The notes: generated by a model from the sequence alone, not told the origin. Shown: positions 13,300 to 26,558, numbered from the stretch's first letter. The stretch: DNA of 64,000 nt from Octopus vulgaris (GCA_951406725.2 OX597833.1:1736001-1800000), one strand, 5' to 3'. Program-made: numbers and translations.

Positions 13300-13445
13300 G
13301 AATAAACCGATTAGGTTGCCTTCATTGGCCAAATAGTGCTTATTTTATCAACCCTGAGTGGATAAACGACAAAGTCGACCTCAGCGGAATTTGAACTCAG
13401 GACGTAGCGACCAGAGAGAAACGCAACAACGAATTTTTTTCTAAC
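13300..13445 (-). mobile_element. Degraded SINE-B fragment
   Basis: caaagtcgacctcagcggaatttgaactcag. Confidence 0.7.
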
Positions 13446-13565
13446 ACTTGTCCCTGTTGACCGCCTCTGTGTGTGTGACTGTGTGTGTGACTGTGTGCGA
13501 ATGAATGTGTAGATATGTATGTGTGTGTGAATGTGTATGTGTAGATGTGTGTGCTTGCATTTGTA

Positions 13566-13983
13566 TACTCTTACTCTTTTTACTCTTTTACTTGTTTCAG
13601 TCATTTGACTGCGGCCATGCTGGAGCACCACCTTCAGTCGAGCAAATTGCCCCCAGGACCTATTATAAGTACTGGAAGCCCAGTACTTATTCTATTGTTC
13701 TCCTTTGCAGAACCGCTAAGTTACGGGGACGTAGACACACCAGCATCGGTTGTCAAGTGATGTTGGGGGTACAAACACTGACACACAAGCACACACATAT
13801 ACATATATATATTCATATACGACAGGCTTTTTTCAGTTTCCATCTACCAAATCCACTCACAAGGCTTTGGTCGGCCCAAGGCTATAGTAGAAGACACCTG
13901 CCCAAGGTGCCACGCAGTGGGAATGAACCCGGAACCATGTGATTAGTAAACAAGCTACTTACCACACAGCCACTCCTGCACCT
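13566..13983 (-). mobile_element. SINE family A
   Basis: Reverse complement of the full A head and tail. Confidence 0.9.
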
Positions 13984-14388
13984 ATGTATGTAATCCGTAT
14001 AATATAATATCAATTATGATACTTCAATACGCCAGATCAAGTGGGTTGATATGGTGTGCTGTCATTTTTTTGTATTATCCTCTAAATTTCGTTTGAAAAC
14101 GTTGATAAGTTTCTTTAATCACGTCATAATTGACGATCTCTCATAAATATGCGCTGGGCATTCATTTCACCTTCATATCTTCAATTCTTCAGCAGACATC
14201 GACATTAGATGTATTGATAGCTTTCTCTGTATTTAGTAAAATGTTGAGACAATTCACGACTAGTAGGATAGGTATTCATTCGGTTCTTTACGCAAACACA
14301 AATTCACTGAGTCATACGTATACGCACACATTCACATCTGTTCACGCGCAATATACACACATATCAAAGTATGTGTATATAGGACATG

Positions 14389-14434
<46 letters not shown>

Positions 14435-14437
<3 letters not shown>

Positions 14438-14622
14438 GAAAGAAAGAAGAAAGCAAAGAACCACTGATGAGTTCAAAGCAGTGTGACAAAAGAACTCTGG
14501 CCGAAATAAGATTAAGATTAATGTAAAAAATACATAAAGTTGAAGCAAATTAAGACCAAATATATAGTGCGCGTGTTTTTATTGGCTAAACTGGCAAGAT
14601 GACCGTCCCTAAATACAACAAT
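14435..14622 (+). mobile_element. Hammerhead-bearing stub (family F) within (TA)n
   Basis: Homologous to 28740-28926. CCA-CTGATGA-G-..tgtgac-aaaa-GAAC-TC-TGG at 14461-14500 (degenerate). Confidence 0.7.
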
Positions 14623-15000
14623 GTATATATATATATATATATATATATATGTGCGCGCGCGTATGTGTATGTATATATATGTATATGTATATATAATTAT
14701 ATATATATATACAAACGTGTGTATATATGTAGGTATCTATGTATATACATATGTATATATATATGTGCGCGCGCGTATGTGTACGTATATATATATATGT
14801 ATATGTATATATAATTATATATATATATATACACGCACGCATATATATATATATATATATATAGCGTGTGTATATATGTAGGTATCTATGTATATACATA
14901 TGTACAAATAGATCGGGAGAGACATATAGACTTTATATATATCTATCTGTCTATGAATGTATCAATCTATTTACCTTTCAATCTCCTTGTCTCTCTCTTC

Positions 15001-15069
<69 letters not shown>

Positions 15070-15813
15070 CACACATACATGCATATACATATATATATGT
15101 GTGTATCTATGTATCTGTATGTATAAGTATATATACATACTGATCACTTTTCTACAAAACATGCACACACACACACACACACACCGCGCACTCCTATATG
15201 TATACACACACACACCTATTTATTTATATTCATTTCGCATTGTGATTACAAATTTACAGATAACATTTCTTTGTATGGGTTCATCAAAGCTTATCTCTCG
15301 GAGACAGACATATTTGAAAACCTGCAAAGAGAATATTAAATAAATATTCATTACCACCACAGTTCAAACATATGAAGTTCTCCATAAAAATTACTCCTGG
15401 TTTCGTCTGTCATAACGAACAAACCAAGTTCTCATACACACACCTACATCTACAGAGAGACACACAGAGACAGACACGACCACATGTGTGATTGACGGAG
15501 CTGTGTGATGGAGCGTGTATGTGAGTGTGTGTATGTGTGTGTTGCGTTCATCACTTGCACTCATCAATTCTCCTTCTTGAATTTGGTATTTAATTATGAA
15601 GAAATGGTGCCTCTGTTTTACTTTGCTCGTCCTTTCTATTTATCATAATTATATTCTCTTTTAGAAAATATCTTGGCATGTTAAGTGGCTTTAATGACTG
15701 TACAACTGGGTGTGTAATTATGTTCATTGGCACGTATCTACATTCAATTAGCCGCAGTGACTACAGTATATATTCTTACATACGTACATATACATACATA
15801 TACATACATACAA

Positions 15814-15867
<54 letters not shown>

Positions 15868-15869
15868 AC

Positions 15870-15902
<33 letters not shown>

Positions 15903-16451
15903 TATATTTATACAGATAGAGAGAGAGAGAGAGAGAGTAACAGACAGACAGAGAGATTAGGAGGTACCTTTTACATGCCTCCATGTTTGCGGAGGTATAT
16001 AAGAGTTCTGTACCCGTGTACTCGTTTCCTTTGTATTTGTTAGTATGTATGCTGGGTAATGAAGGAGAAGGGGGTCCTTCGCAGCGTGTTTGAGCAGGTA
16101 CAGATATATGTGTGTAGTCATGAGTGTACCTGCGTCTGTTATATAGTCATGTAAATCTCATAGCGTGCATATTCATACATATATACATGCATGCATGCAT
16201 ATATATGTGTGTGTATGTGTATATGTGTATGCGTGTGCGTGTATATATATATATTTGTGTGTAACTGTATTTATATATGTGTATGTATATATGTATACAT
16301 ATATGTATATATAATATATATATATGTATGTATGTATATATATATGTACATATATATATATAAGTATATATATATATATAATTATATGTAGGTCCCGGGT
16401 TGATTCGGGGTTAACCACAGTAAATAAGGTACTCAATATAATAAATATATA

Positions 16452-16484
<33 letters not shown>

Positions 16485-16490
<6 letters not shown>

Positions 16491-16578
16491 TTAGAGATAA
16501 AACCACTATATATTATATTACTATATATATATATATATATATATATTAAATTAGAGATAAAACCACTATATACTATAT

Positions 16579-16609
<31 letters not shown>

Positions 16610-16761
16610 ACTTAGAATAACTTAGAAAGGTTTTGGCCAGTATTGGCCCAGGCCATGTCTAACTTAATAGCACCACCTGGCGAATATATATATATTATAT
16701 TATCTAATATATATATATTATATATATATTAAATTAGAGATAAAACCACTATATACTATAT

Positions 16762-16811
<50 letters not shown>

Positions 16812-16842
16812 TTAGAGATACAACCACTATATACTATATTAC

Positions 16843-16893
<51 letters not shown>

Positions 16894-16921
16894 TTAGAGA
16901 TAAAACCACTATATACTATAT

Positions 16922-16975
<54 letters not shown>

Positions 16976-17003
16976 TTAGAGATAAAACCACTATATACTA
17001 TAT

Positions 17004-17064
<61 letters not shown>

Positions 17065-17100
17065 AAATTAGAGATAAAACCACTATATACTATATTACTA
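16485..17100. repeat. Array of seven ~38-bp units (attaaattagagataaaaccactatatactatattac) separated by variable (TA)n
   Basis: Units near 16485, 16546, 16728, 16806, 16888, 16970 and 17064; one unrelated ~75-bp insert at 16609-16684. Confidence 0.9.
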
Positions 17101-17555
17101 TATATATATATATACTTGCACATGTACACCTACACTCATAGAGACACTTGCACACACACGAAGACATACACGGAGACACGTATATATACTTATATTATTA
17201 TGAAATCTTTTATACTGTAAAAGCGAGGGTGTTACGAGACTGCTTCCATGGTGTGTATTGGACAATAACTTATTCAGCAACACTGTTTCTATGAATGATT
17301 CAGAAAGATGCACTCTTACTATTAATTTTTAACTCGACAGCAACTGAAGTTTTTCAACATCAACAAAATGGAAACTAATCACCACGGCTAGATTTGAAAA
17401 GTTCAATGTCCTGGAGTAGGAATAACAACATCAGTCTGTTAGATTTACATTCAATCATATCGGCGCTCGGCTTCCGCTACAGATTGCAAGACAATTGACA
17501 CGGAAGTTAACGCGATGGGGACAATGAATATGTCAATACAATACTTTAGCATCGA

Positions 17556-17925
17556 GTGGAGGCGCAATGGTTAGGGCAGCGGACTCGCGGTCGTAGGATC
17601 GCGGTTTCGATTCCCAGACCCGGGCATTGTGAGTGTTTATTGAGCGAAAACACCTAAAGCTCCACGAGGCTCCGGCAGGGGATGGTGGTGATCCCTGCTG
17701 TACTCTTTCACCACAACTTTCTCCCACTCTTACTTCCTGTTTCTGTTGTACCTGTATTTCAAAGGGCCAGCCTTGTCACACTCTGTGTCACGCTGAATCT
17801 CCCCGAGAACTACATTAAGGGTACACGTGTCTGTGGAGTGCTCAGCACGTTAATTTCACGAGCAAGCTATTCCGTTGATCGTATCAGCTGGGACCCTCAT
17901 CGTCGCAACCGAGGGAGTGCTCCTA
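17556..17925 (+). mobile_element. SINE family C
   Basis: Matches 12841-13230 with small deletions. Confidence 0.9.
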
Positions 17926-18083
17926 CTACTACTACTTTAGCATCATCTCTCCTCTATTATTTCTGAACCACCAATTGAGCTAGCCATACGATATCTCACA
18001 CAGAAAACAAAGCTTTGTTTAAAAGCAGCAGAAATATCACAAAAACTGATACTCAGAGTTTCACGTTCCAGCCCTTAATTATG

Positions 18084-18124
<41 letters not shown>

Positions 18125-18126
<2 letters not shown>

Positions 18127-18338
18127 TTTTACTTGTTTCAGTCATATGAGTGCGTCCATGCTGGAGCACCGACTTTAGTCGAACAAATCGACCCCAGGAC
18201 ATATTCTTTGTTGGCCTACTACTTATTCTATTGGTCTCTTTTGCCGAACCGTTAAGTTACGGTGACCTAACACGCCAGCATCGGTTGTCAAGCAATGTTG
18301 TAGGGACAAAAAAGCACACACAAACACACACACACACG

Positions 18339-18380
<42 letters not shown>

Positions 18381-18533
18381 AAGGGCTTATTTTCGTTTTC
18401 CGTCTACCAAATCCACTCACAAGGCTTTGGTCGGCCCGTGGTTATAGTAGAAGACACTTGCTCAAGGTGCCATGCAGTGGGACTGAACCCGGAACCATAT
18501 GGTTGGTAAGCTACTTACCACACAGCCACTCCT
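18125..18533 (-). mobile_element. SINE family A
   Basis: Reverse complement of the A consensus. Confidence 0.88.
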
Positions 18534-18926
18534 ATCACATATACACACACGCGCACACAGATACATACACGCACACACACGTTTATATATATATATGAAA
18601 TGTCGGACGTCATCATCACCTGTGGTATTCTGACAACTCGTATGCTATAAGATCTATATTTATACCAACACTTTTTCACAAATTTTGAGCGCCTAAACAA
18701 CTACGCTTGCTTAAAACGTTATAGTGACATACTAATTATCTGCCAGCTGGGGTACCAGTCCACACAACATTATGATGCATAATATAAATCAAATAAAGGA
18801 GAATATTGAAAATATTCCAACAACGCCTGCGGGATTCGAACCCTGAAACAGCTGTGAATATTTGATCAAACTTAATTAGATATGATAAATCTCTGAACGA
18901 GGTGTAAACAGTAACTTCACGACAAC

Positions 18927-19184
18927 GTGAGGAATATTAGCCATCTCAATATGGCTAACCACTAAGGGTAGGTGTTACTGTAGCCCCAGGAGAACATCGT
19001 CTCCAGCTGGCTTTAGGCACACTTTCTGTACCCTTATGGTATTTGCAAAGGATGACCTCTCTTTGCAAATGCCATAAGAGCACAGAAAGTGTGCCTAAAG
19101 CCAGTTGGAGACGATGTTCTCCTGGGGCTACAGTAACACCTACCCTTAGTGGTTAGCCATATTGAGATGGCTAGTATACCTCAC
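18927..19184. mobile_element. Palindromic MITE-like element (~258-bp hairpin)
   Basis: Two ~124-bp inverted arms with a ~10-nt loop (tttgcaaag gatgacctct ctttgcaaa). The terminal sequence recurs at 56392-56450. Confidence 0.8.
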
Positions 19185-19229
19185 ATTAATCTAGATATGT
19201 GCCTAACTAATATATTAGCTACAACCTTA

Positions 19230-19435
19230 AGGTGGCATGCTGGCAGAACCGTGAGCATGCCAAGCAAAACAGCTAGTGACAATTCGTCTGCTTCTTACGT
19301 TGTAAGTTCAAACCCTGCCTTGATTGGCAATACCATTTTGTACTTTGGGGATCATAAGTACCAAGTGAGTGTTGGGGTTTGATTAAACCGGGGCTTTGTC
19401 CCCTTCAATTGCTGGCCTTGTACCAAAATTTTAAA
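19230..19435 (+). mobile_element. Old SINE-B-like copy
   Basis: ggtggcatgctggcagaaccgtgagcatgcc...aagttcaaaccc...taagtacca. Confidence 0.65.
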
Positions 19436-19744
19436 AAACCGATATGGTAATTATATAAATACAACATTCGCATACAGATGTGCATTCCCTGAAAAACAAA
19501 CGGACTGACTCACAAACACACGTTTCAGGAGAAAGATGACGCCAAGTATAACCATTGAAAATATAATGGAAATGCTATTGTTATAAAAGTAATGGATCCT
19601 ATGCAATTTAAAATTAATTAAATATTGCACGCATATTAGAAACAATGATGAAAATATTATTAAAATTCTCAAGTGATTCACCGCGCACCTGCTCCTACAA
19701 ATATATCTCTCATTATAGCTAAAGAGATCAAAACAATATCCTCT

Positions 19745-19877
19745 TTAGTTGCATGAACATGTCAAGTGCAATTTTGTAGTTGTTCGAGCTGGTTGTGCAA
19801 CAGACGGTGGTGGCGGAGAAGGGATCGTGCGATGTGCTCGGAGTGGAGTTACTAATGTTTTACTATAGATTGAACCT
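19745..19877 (-). CDS. Weak candidate terminal coding exon (GSIYSKTLVTPLRAHRTIPSPPPPSVAQPARTTTKLHLTCSCN*)
   Basis: Pyrimidine tract plus cag acceptor, one open frame to TAA, non-repetitive and GC-richer than the flanks; no recognised homology. Confidence 0.2.
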
Positions 19878-19999
19878 CTGACAGTAAAAAAGGGTGAAGA
19901 TCGATTGCCCTCCCACTGTGGGTAATCATTGTGTGTCTGACCCCAATCAGGCTGTATTGTCCCCCTCTATGTTTGGGCCTTTGTGGCTAATAAAGAAAT

Positions 20000-20310
20000 T
20001 GAATGAACATGGGATTGCACCTAGAAATTTTCCCTCCGAGACACAAGTCCGGGAAAGGTCATTTTTGTAAGACCAAGCAGTCACCCATGCATATCAGTCT
20101 CGCCTCTCCACGCCATCGATTTCATCAAAGAGAAAAGCAGAGGGAAATATAGGCTGGAACCAGTGTCGTCGCAACTCAATTCGACTGATGAATAAACTGG
20201 GGCAACGTGAAATAAAATATATTTCTCAAGAACGCAACACAGCGATTTGAACTCACTACTTCATGACTGTAAGCTTGACACTCGAACCCCCTGAGCCATG
20301 CACCGTCACT
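20000..20310 (-). mobile_element. Old tRNA-derived SINE with CORE/V-like central segment
   Basis: Minus strand: tggctcagggg..gagttcaaatc..tatttcacgttgccccagt; central segment resembles the copies at 57300 and 63490. Confidence 0.6.
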
Positions 20311-20350
20311 CTGGTAGCAATGGGTTTATTAATCTGACATCAATTTATAA

Positions 20351-20885
20351 GGCGGCGAGCTGGCAGAATCGTTAGCATGCCGGGCGAAATGCTTAGCGGT
20401 ATTTCGTCTGAGTTCAAATTCCGCCGAGGTCGACTTTGCCTTTCATCCTTTCGGGGTCGATTAAATTAAGTACCTATTTCTTTACTATCCACAAGGGGCT
20501 AAACACAGAAGGGACAAACAAGGACAGACAAACGGATTAAGTCGATTATATCGACCCCAGTGTGTAACTGGTACTTATTTAATCGACCCCGAAAGGATGA
20601 AAGGCAAAGTCGACCTCGGCGGAATTTGAACTCAGAACGTAACGGCAGACGAAATACCGCTAAGCATTTCGCCCGACGTGCTAACGTTTCTGCCAGCTCG
20701 CCGCCTTAAGATTAAATAAGTACCAGTTACGCACTGGGGTCGATATAATCGACTTAATCCGTTTGTCTGTCCTTGTTTGTCCTCTCTGTGTTTAGCCCCT
20801 TGTGGGTAGTAAAGAAATAGGTATTTCGTCTGCCACTACATCCTGAGTTCAAATTCCGCCGGAGTTGACTTTGCCTTTCATCCTG
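20351..20885 (+). mobile_element. SINE-B copy interrupted by an antisense SINE-B copy (20474-20705)
   Basis: The plus copy resumes at 20710; gattaaa(t)taagtacc is duplicated on both sides of the insert. Confidence 0.88.
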
Positions 20886-21082
20886 GGTGGGAGGTTTTGA
20901 AGACTAGTAGTGACATATGTATGCAAGTCTCCTTGAATTAATATTTATCCAAGGGAAAGGCTCTGACTTCGGCCGACAGAGTTCGTCATCATTGCCGTTG
21001 CAGTCCTTACTTTCAGAAATTAAAGACTAAAACACACGTTACAAATTATCGACTCCAACATCCAATGCCTTCTCTGTATTTT

Positions 21083-21450
21083 GGAAGTTACGACGATGAG
21101 CGTTCCGGTTGATCCGAATCAACGGAACAGCCTGCTCGTGAAATTAACGTGTAAGTGGCTGAGCACTCCACAGACACGTGCACCCTTAACGTAGTTCTCG
21201 GGGATATTCAGCGTGACACAGAGAGTGACAAGGCCGGCCCTTTGAAATACAGGTACAACAGAAACAGGAAGTAAGAGTGAGAGAAAGTTGTGGTGAAAGA
21301 GTACAGCAGGGATCACCACCTGCCGGAGCCTCGTGGAGCTTTAGGTGTTTTCGCTCAATAAACACTCACAACGCCCGGTCTGGGAATCGAAACCGCGATC
21401 CTATGACCGCGAGTCCGCTGCCCTAACCACTGGGCCATTGCGCCTCCACT
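21083..21450 (-). mobile_element. SINE family C
   Basis: Reverse complement of the C consensus. Confidence 0.92.
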
Positions 21451-21544
21451 ACATTTGTATTAAGCATGAAGGAAACGAAATATGATTTCGGTAGAGAAAT
21501 GACAAATATGGCGAGGCACTCCATCCAAGATTATAACGACTCTA

Positions 21545-23320
21545 GCAGTTTAGAAGTTTAGTCAAATCGAATCAGCGTCGAAAATATTATTTCGTAATGT
21601 ACGAGAAAATCTGAAGCTGATAACATTTATTTTTCCAGTGATTTGTTAACATTCGTGAGAGTTTGCAAAAGAAATTGGGAAAGAAAATTTCACACCAACA
21701 AATGGATGGTTTAACAGATAAAAAAAGAAAACCGCAACAAGAGAATAAAGTTTACAAGCACGTCTAAGGTGAGAAAGGAAACGATGGGTTTTATTTTTTC
21801 TGCTGAAATATGGTGTAAAACAAAGTAGTATACACTTTATTACTAAATATTCTTCTGAGAATATTTACAAAATTGTTCAAAAAAGATTTCTTTGCGTACA
21901 ATGCGTGAGTACACTTATCTTGTTAAAAATATTAATTTCTTTATTGCCCACAAGGGGGCTAAACATAGAGGGGACAAACAAGGACAGACAAAGGTATTAA
22001 GTCGGTTACATCGATCCCAGTGCGCAACTAGTACTAATTTAATCGACCCCGAAAGGATGAAACGGCAAAGTCGACCTCGACGGAATTTGAACTCAGAACG
22101 TAGCGCAGACGAAAGCATTTTGACCGGCGAGCTAACGATTCTTTTCTACTCTAGGCTCAAGGACCGAAATTTTGGAGGAGTAGGCCAGTCGATTAGATCT
22201 CCCCCAGTACGAAACTGGTACTTAATTTATCGATCCCGGAAGGATGTAAGGCAAAGTCGACCTCGACAGAATTTGAGCTCAGAACGTAAAAAACAGACGA
22301 AATACCTATTCCTTTACTACCCACAAGGGGCCAAACACAGACAGGACAAACAAGGACAGACAAACGGATTAAGTCGATTATATCGACCCCAGTGCGCAAC
22401 TGGTACTTAATTTATCAACCCCGAAAGAATGAAAGGCAAAGTCGACCGCGGCGGAACTAGTACTCAGAACGTAGCGGCAGACGAAATACCTATTTCTTTA
22501 TTACCCACAAGGGGATAAACGTAGAGGGGATAAACAAGGACATACCTAGGTATTAAGTCGATTACATCGAGCCAGTGCGAAACTGGTACTTAAATTATCG
22601 ACCCCGGAAGGATGTAAAGCAAAGCGACCTCGACGGAATTTGAACTCAGAACGTAAAGACAAACGAAATACAGCTAAGCATTTCGCCCGGCGTGCTAACC
22701 ATTCTGACTGCTCGCCACCTTTCTGTTTAAAAGTATTGACGCTAAAGAATTTACATCATAAGTGCCAAAGGTCTTTGTGGCGCTGATATGGATAGAAGTG
22801 GGCAATTTTATGTATCAATTGATAGGAAAACACAGAAACGTGAACTTTAATGGAATCGAAATGTAAAAATACTAGTTTTATAAGGGTCAAGAGTTTTAAC
22901 TTGTCGTCAATTTTTAATGCAACTGGAGATAACTGCAGATGTTCTCAAAGGCTTCTTACTTAAGTGGGATTATGTATAAAAGAGGTAAACCACTGTTGAT
23001 TTTAAATTGTTAGGCTTGGAGGAATAATTTATCATTAAAGTACATCCAAGTAATTTCTTGCTTTCAAACGTATCGTTCATTCAGCCGCGTGACCACGGCA
23101 TCGTATAAGAATTGAAGGCTTATTATGGATGAGAATTTAAAAGCAAAGTTGATGCTATTCAAATCTTAACTGATGGAAATACGACTGTGTGCGATAGGTT
23201 TCTCTTTTGTCAGGTATTGATGTGTCATGGCAATGTCATGGAACGAAGTTTTAGAGGAAAATTATTTCAAACTTTTAGAACGAGGAATTATTTGAGGATT
23301 ATTAAAACGAAATTCAGTAT
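21545..23320 (+). pseudogene. Heavily decayed pogo/Tigger (CENP-B-like) transposase
   Basis: Manual translation: FAKEIGKENFTPTNGWFNR (cf. FxASxGWLxRF), KYSSENIY, NFLLSNVSFIQPRDHGIV*ELKAYY (cf. FLPPNTTSxLQPLDQGII..KAYY). Split by a SINE-B array. Confidence 0.65.
21935..22720 (-). mobile_element. SINE-B composite tandem array (~4 units, two tail types)
   Basis: Repeated B bodies; flanks tgttaaaaatatt and tgtttaaaagtatt resemble a decayed TSD. Confidence 0.88.
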
Positions 23321-23324
23321 AATA

Positions 23325-24150
23325 GGCGCAGGAGTGGCTGTGTTGTAAGTAGCTTGCTTACCAACCACATGGTTCCGGGTTCAGTCCCATTGCGTGGCAC
23401 CTTGGGCAAGTGTCTTCTACTATAGCCTCGAGCCGACCAAAGCCTTGTGAGTGGATTTGGTAGACGGAAACTGAAAGAAGCCTGTCGTATATTTACTCTT
23501 TACTCTTTTACTTGTTTCAGTCATTTGACTGCGGCCATGCAGGAGCACCGCCTTTAGTCGAGCAAATCGACCCCAGGACTTATTCTTTGTAAGCCCAGTA
23601 CTTATTCTATCAGTCTCTTTTGCCGAACCGCTAAGCGACGGAGACGTAAACACACCAGCATCAGTTGTCAAGCAATGCTAGGGGGACAAACACAGACACA
23701 CAAACACACACACATACATACATATATATATATATACATATATACGACGGGCTTCTTTCAGTTTCCGTCTACCAAATCCACTCACAAGGTATTGGTCGGC
23801 CCGGGGCTATAGCAGAAGACACTTGCCCAAGATGCCACGCAGTGGGACTGAACCCGGAACCATGTGGTTGGTAAACAAGCTACTTACCACACAGCCACTC
23901 CTGCGCCTATATATATGTATATATATATATGTGTATGTGTGTGTATATGCTTGTGTGCCTTTGTTGGTTCCCCCAACATCGCTTGACAACCGATGCTGGT
24001 GTGTTTACGTCCCCGTAACTTAGCGCTTCGGCAAAAAGAGACCGATAGAATAAGTACTAGGCTTACAAAAAATAAGTCTTGCGGTCGATTTGCTCGACTA
24101 AAGGCGGTGCTCCAGCATGGCCACAGTCAACTGAGTGAAACAAGTAAAAT
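23325..24150 (+). mobile_element. SINE-A copy split by a nested antisense SINE-A
   Basis: Head half at 23325-23492, tail half at 23909-24150. Confidence 0.9.
23493..23908 (-). mobile_element. SINE family A nested in the TA tract of another A copy
   Basis: Complete reverse-complement copy. Confidence 0.92.
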
Positions 24151-24156
24151 AATAAT

Positions 24157-24792
24157 AGGCGTGGCTGTGGCGGGAAAAATGTTTGTCTCCCAACCACGTG
24201 GTTTCGGGTTCCAGTATGGGAAGTTCTTGAAGAAATCTCCTCTGCTGTAGCGCCGGGCCAACCCAGAACTTGTCAGTGCAATTGGTGGAGGGAGACTTAA
24301 AGAAGATCGTCCTGTGAGGGTGTGTATATGTGCGTGTTTGTGTGTGCGTGAGTTTGTTTGTGGATGGAAGCACTCCCTCGGTTACGACAACGAGGGTTCC
24401 GGTTGATCCGAATCAACGGAACAGCCTGCTCGTGAAATTAACGTGTAAGTGGCTGAGCACTCCACAGACACGTGCACCCTTAACGTAGTTCTCGGGGATA
24501 TTCAGCGTGACAAAGAGAGTGACAAGGCCGGCCCTTTGAAATACAGGTACAAGAGAAACAGGAAGAAAGAGTGAGAGAAAGTTGTGGTGGAAGAGTACAG
24601 CAGGGATCACCACCATCCCTGCCGGAGACTCGTGGAGCTTTTGGTGTTTTCGCTCAATAAACACTCACAACGCCCGGTCTGGGAATCGAAACCGCGATCC
24701 TATGACCGCGAGTCCACTGCCCTAACCACTGGGCCATTGCGTCTCCACAGTTTGTTTGTATGAGTGTTCGTGTTTATGTGAGTGTGTATGTA

Positions 24793-24869
<77 letters not shown>

Positions 24870-25055
24870 TGCAATAACTGCATGGTAACCGGTGTTAGTT
24901 TTCTGATGCAAGTTAACGTTAAAGAAAAAAAAGCGGTCGATAGTATAAGAGTTAAAGTGAAATAATTGGGTCACTTTGCTCGACTAACCCCGCCCCCAAG
25001 GCAATGCTTCAGCATGACCGCAGTCCAGTGACTGAAACAAAGAAAAAGATAAAGA
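24157..25055 (+). mobile_element. Old SINE-A-like copy interrupted by SINE-C
   Basis: Diverged head at 24157-24360 and tail to ...gactgaaacaaagaaaaag. Confidence 0.65.
24361..24748 (-). mobile_element. SINE family C
   Basis: Reverse complement of the C consensus. Confidence 0.92.
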
Positions 25056-25576
25056 TGATATTGCAGATGGTACGCAGAAATTTTTTTTATAATTTCGAAA
25101 CGCATTTTGATGACAAATTTAAAGCAGAAGATTTAATGACGTTATTGGATATATGACAAGTAATTATCGAAATAAACTTTAAATTTGTCACAGAAATAAC
25201 GAACTGAATTCAGAAGAATAGATTCGAGGTGCACTTGAAATTATTGCGCAGGTGCCAAAAGAAAAAAACCCCAAAAGCTCTAATGTTATCCTTTTGTAAT
25301 ATGTGACATCATTCATCAGATCTTAAGTAGTAATACGTCGATGTCAATGGATAATTTGTTAATGAGCTATTAGTAAATATGAATGGTTTATAGAGATCGT
25401 TATTCAAGATTTATGTAAAGAAATAATATCAATAATTTCGAATAAATGAAGGAAATTTCAATATTTTTCATTGAAATTTCTTTACAAAGCAAACTTGTTC
25501 ATGAAAATGAATGGACAAGTGGTAATTCCATGTTATACTTAACGTATTCATTTTCGCATTAAACATTTAAATACGT

Positions 25577-26085
25577 AGACGCAGGAGTGGTAAGTAGCTT
25601 GTTTACCAACCACATGGTTCCAGATTCAGTCCCATTGTGTGGCTCCTTGGGCAAGTGTGTTCTACTCTAGCCTCGGGTCGACCAAAGCCTTGTGAGTGGA
25701 TTTGGTATCCAGAAACTGAAAGAAGCCCGTTTTGGGCGTCTTCTACTATAGCCTCGGGGCGACCAAAGCCTTGTGAGTGGATTTGGTAGACGGAAACTGA
25801 AAGAATCCCGTTGTATATATGTATACATATATATATATATGTGTGTGTGTTTGTGTGTGTATGTTTGTGTGTCTCTGTTTGTCCCCCCAACATCGCTTGA
25901 CAACCGATGCTGGTGTGTTTACGTCCCCGTAACTTAGCGGTTCGGCAAAAAGAGACCGATAGAATAAGTACTAGGCTCACAAAAAATAAGTCCTGGGGTC
26001 GTTTTGCTCGACTAAAGGCGGTGCTCCAGCATGGCCGCTGTCAAATGACTGAAAAAAAGTAAAAGAGTCAAAGAGTAAAAGTAAA
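25577..26085 (+). mobile_element. SINE family A with an internal ~80-bp tandem duplication
   Basis: ttctact.tagcctcggg.cgaccaaagccttgtgagtggatttggta...gaaactgaaagaa occurs twice. Confidence 0.88.
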
Positions 26086-26276
26086 GATTATAGGAATTAT
26101 TCAAAAAATTAAAATTAGGAAAATCGAAAGATAACATGCCTATCTACCTCCGCCAGTACACACACACACAAACACGTATAAAACTATCAAATTGATGAAG
26201 AACCATGGCTGACAGTCGAACAGATTATTTATCTTGCCTGAGCATTTAGTAACATGAAGGGTGTTATATTTCTTAC

Positions 26277-26416
26277 CTCCTTAACAGAAGATTTTCTATA
26301 GGTAATAATCTTTGTAGCATCCTCTCTTCGTCTTCTCATATCATTGTCGTTTCTCTGGGAGTTTGTAACACCTACACCTGGCACCAAATCTAATTAACAA
26401 CGACTTCGGAAAACAT
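26277..26416 (-). CDS. Candidate host exon (5'UTR plus ATG at 26339; MRRRREDATKIITYRKSSVKE, phase-0 donor)
   Basis: Acceptor tttcag (26417-26422), donor GAG|gtaag, in-frame stop upstream of the ATG, unique sequence; no recognised homology. Confidence 0.3.
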
Positions 26417-26554
26417 CTGAAATTTGATATCGCCTACGGTATTCCAGTATTTCTGAGAATCCTATCTAATTTTCGTTCCTCTCTCACGTTATTTCTGTCT
26501 ACATATTATCTATCTACCAAATCTGCACATTCTTCCTTTTCTTCTTTCTTCCTG

Positions 26555-26558
26555 TGTT

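Noticed and set aside
12925-13336. Recurrent ORFs such as MFIERKHLKLHE.. and LLSVSVYQIHSQG..
   Set aside because: They recur only because they are read from SINE-C and SINE-A copies.
16485-17100. CRISPR-like repeat/spacer appearance
   Set aside because: Spacers are (TA)n of variable length rather than unique sequences; no cas genes; eukaryotic context.
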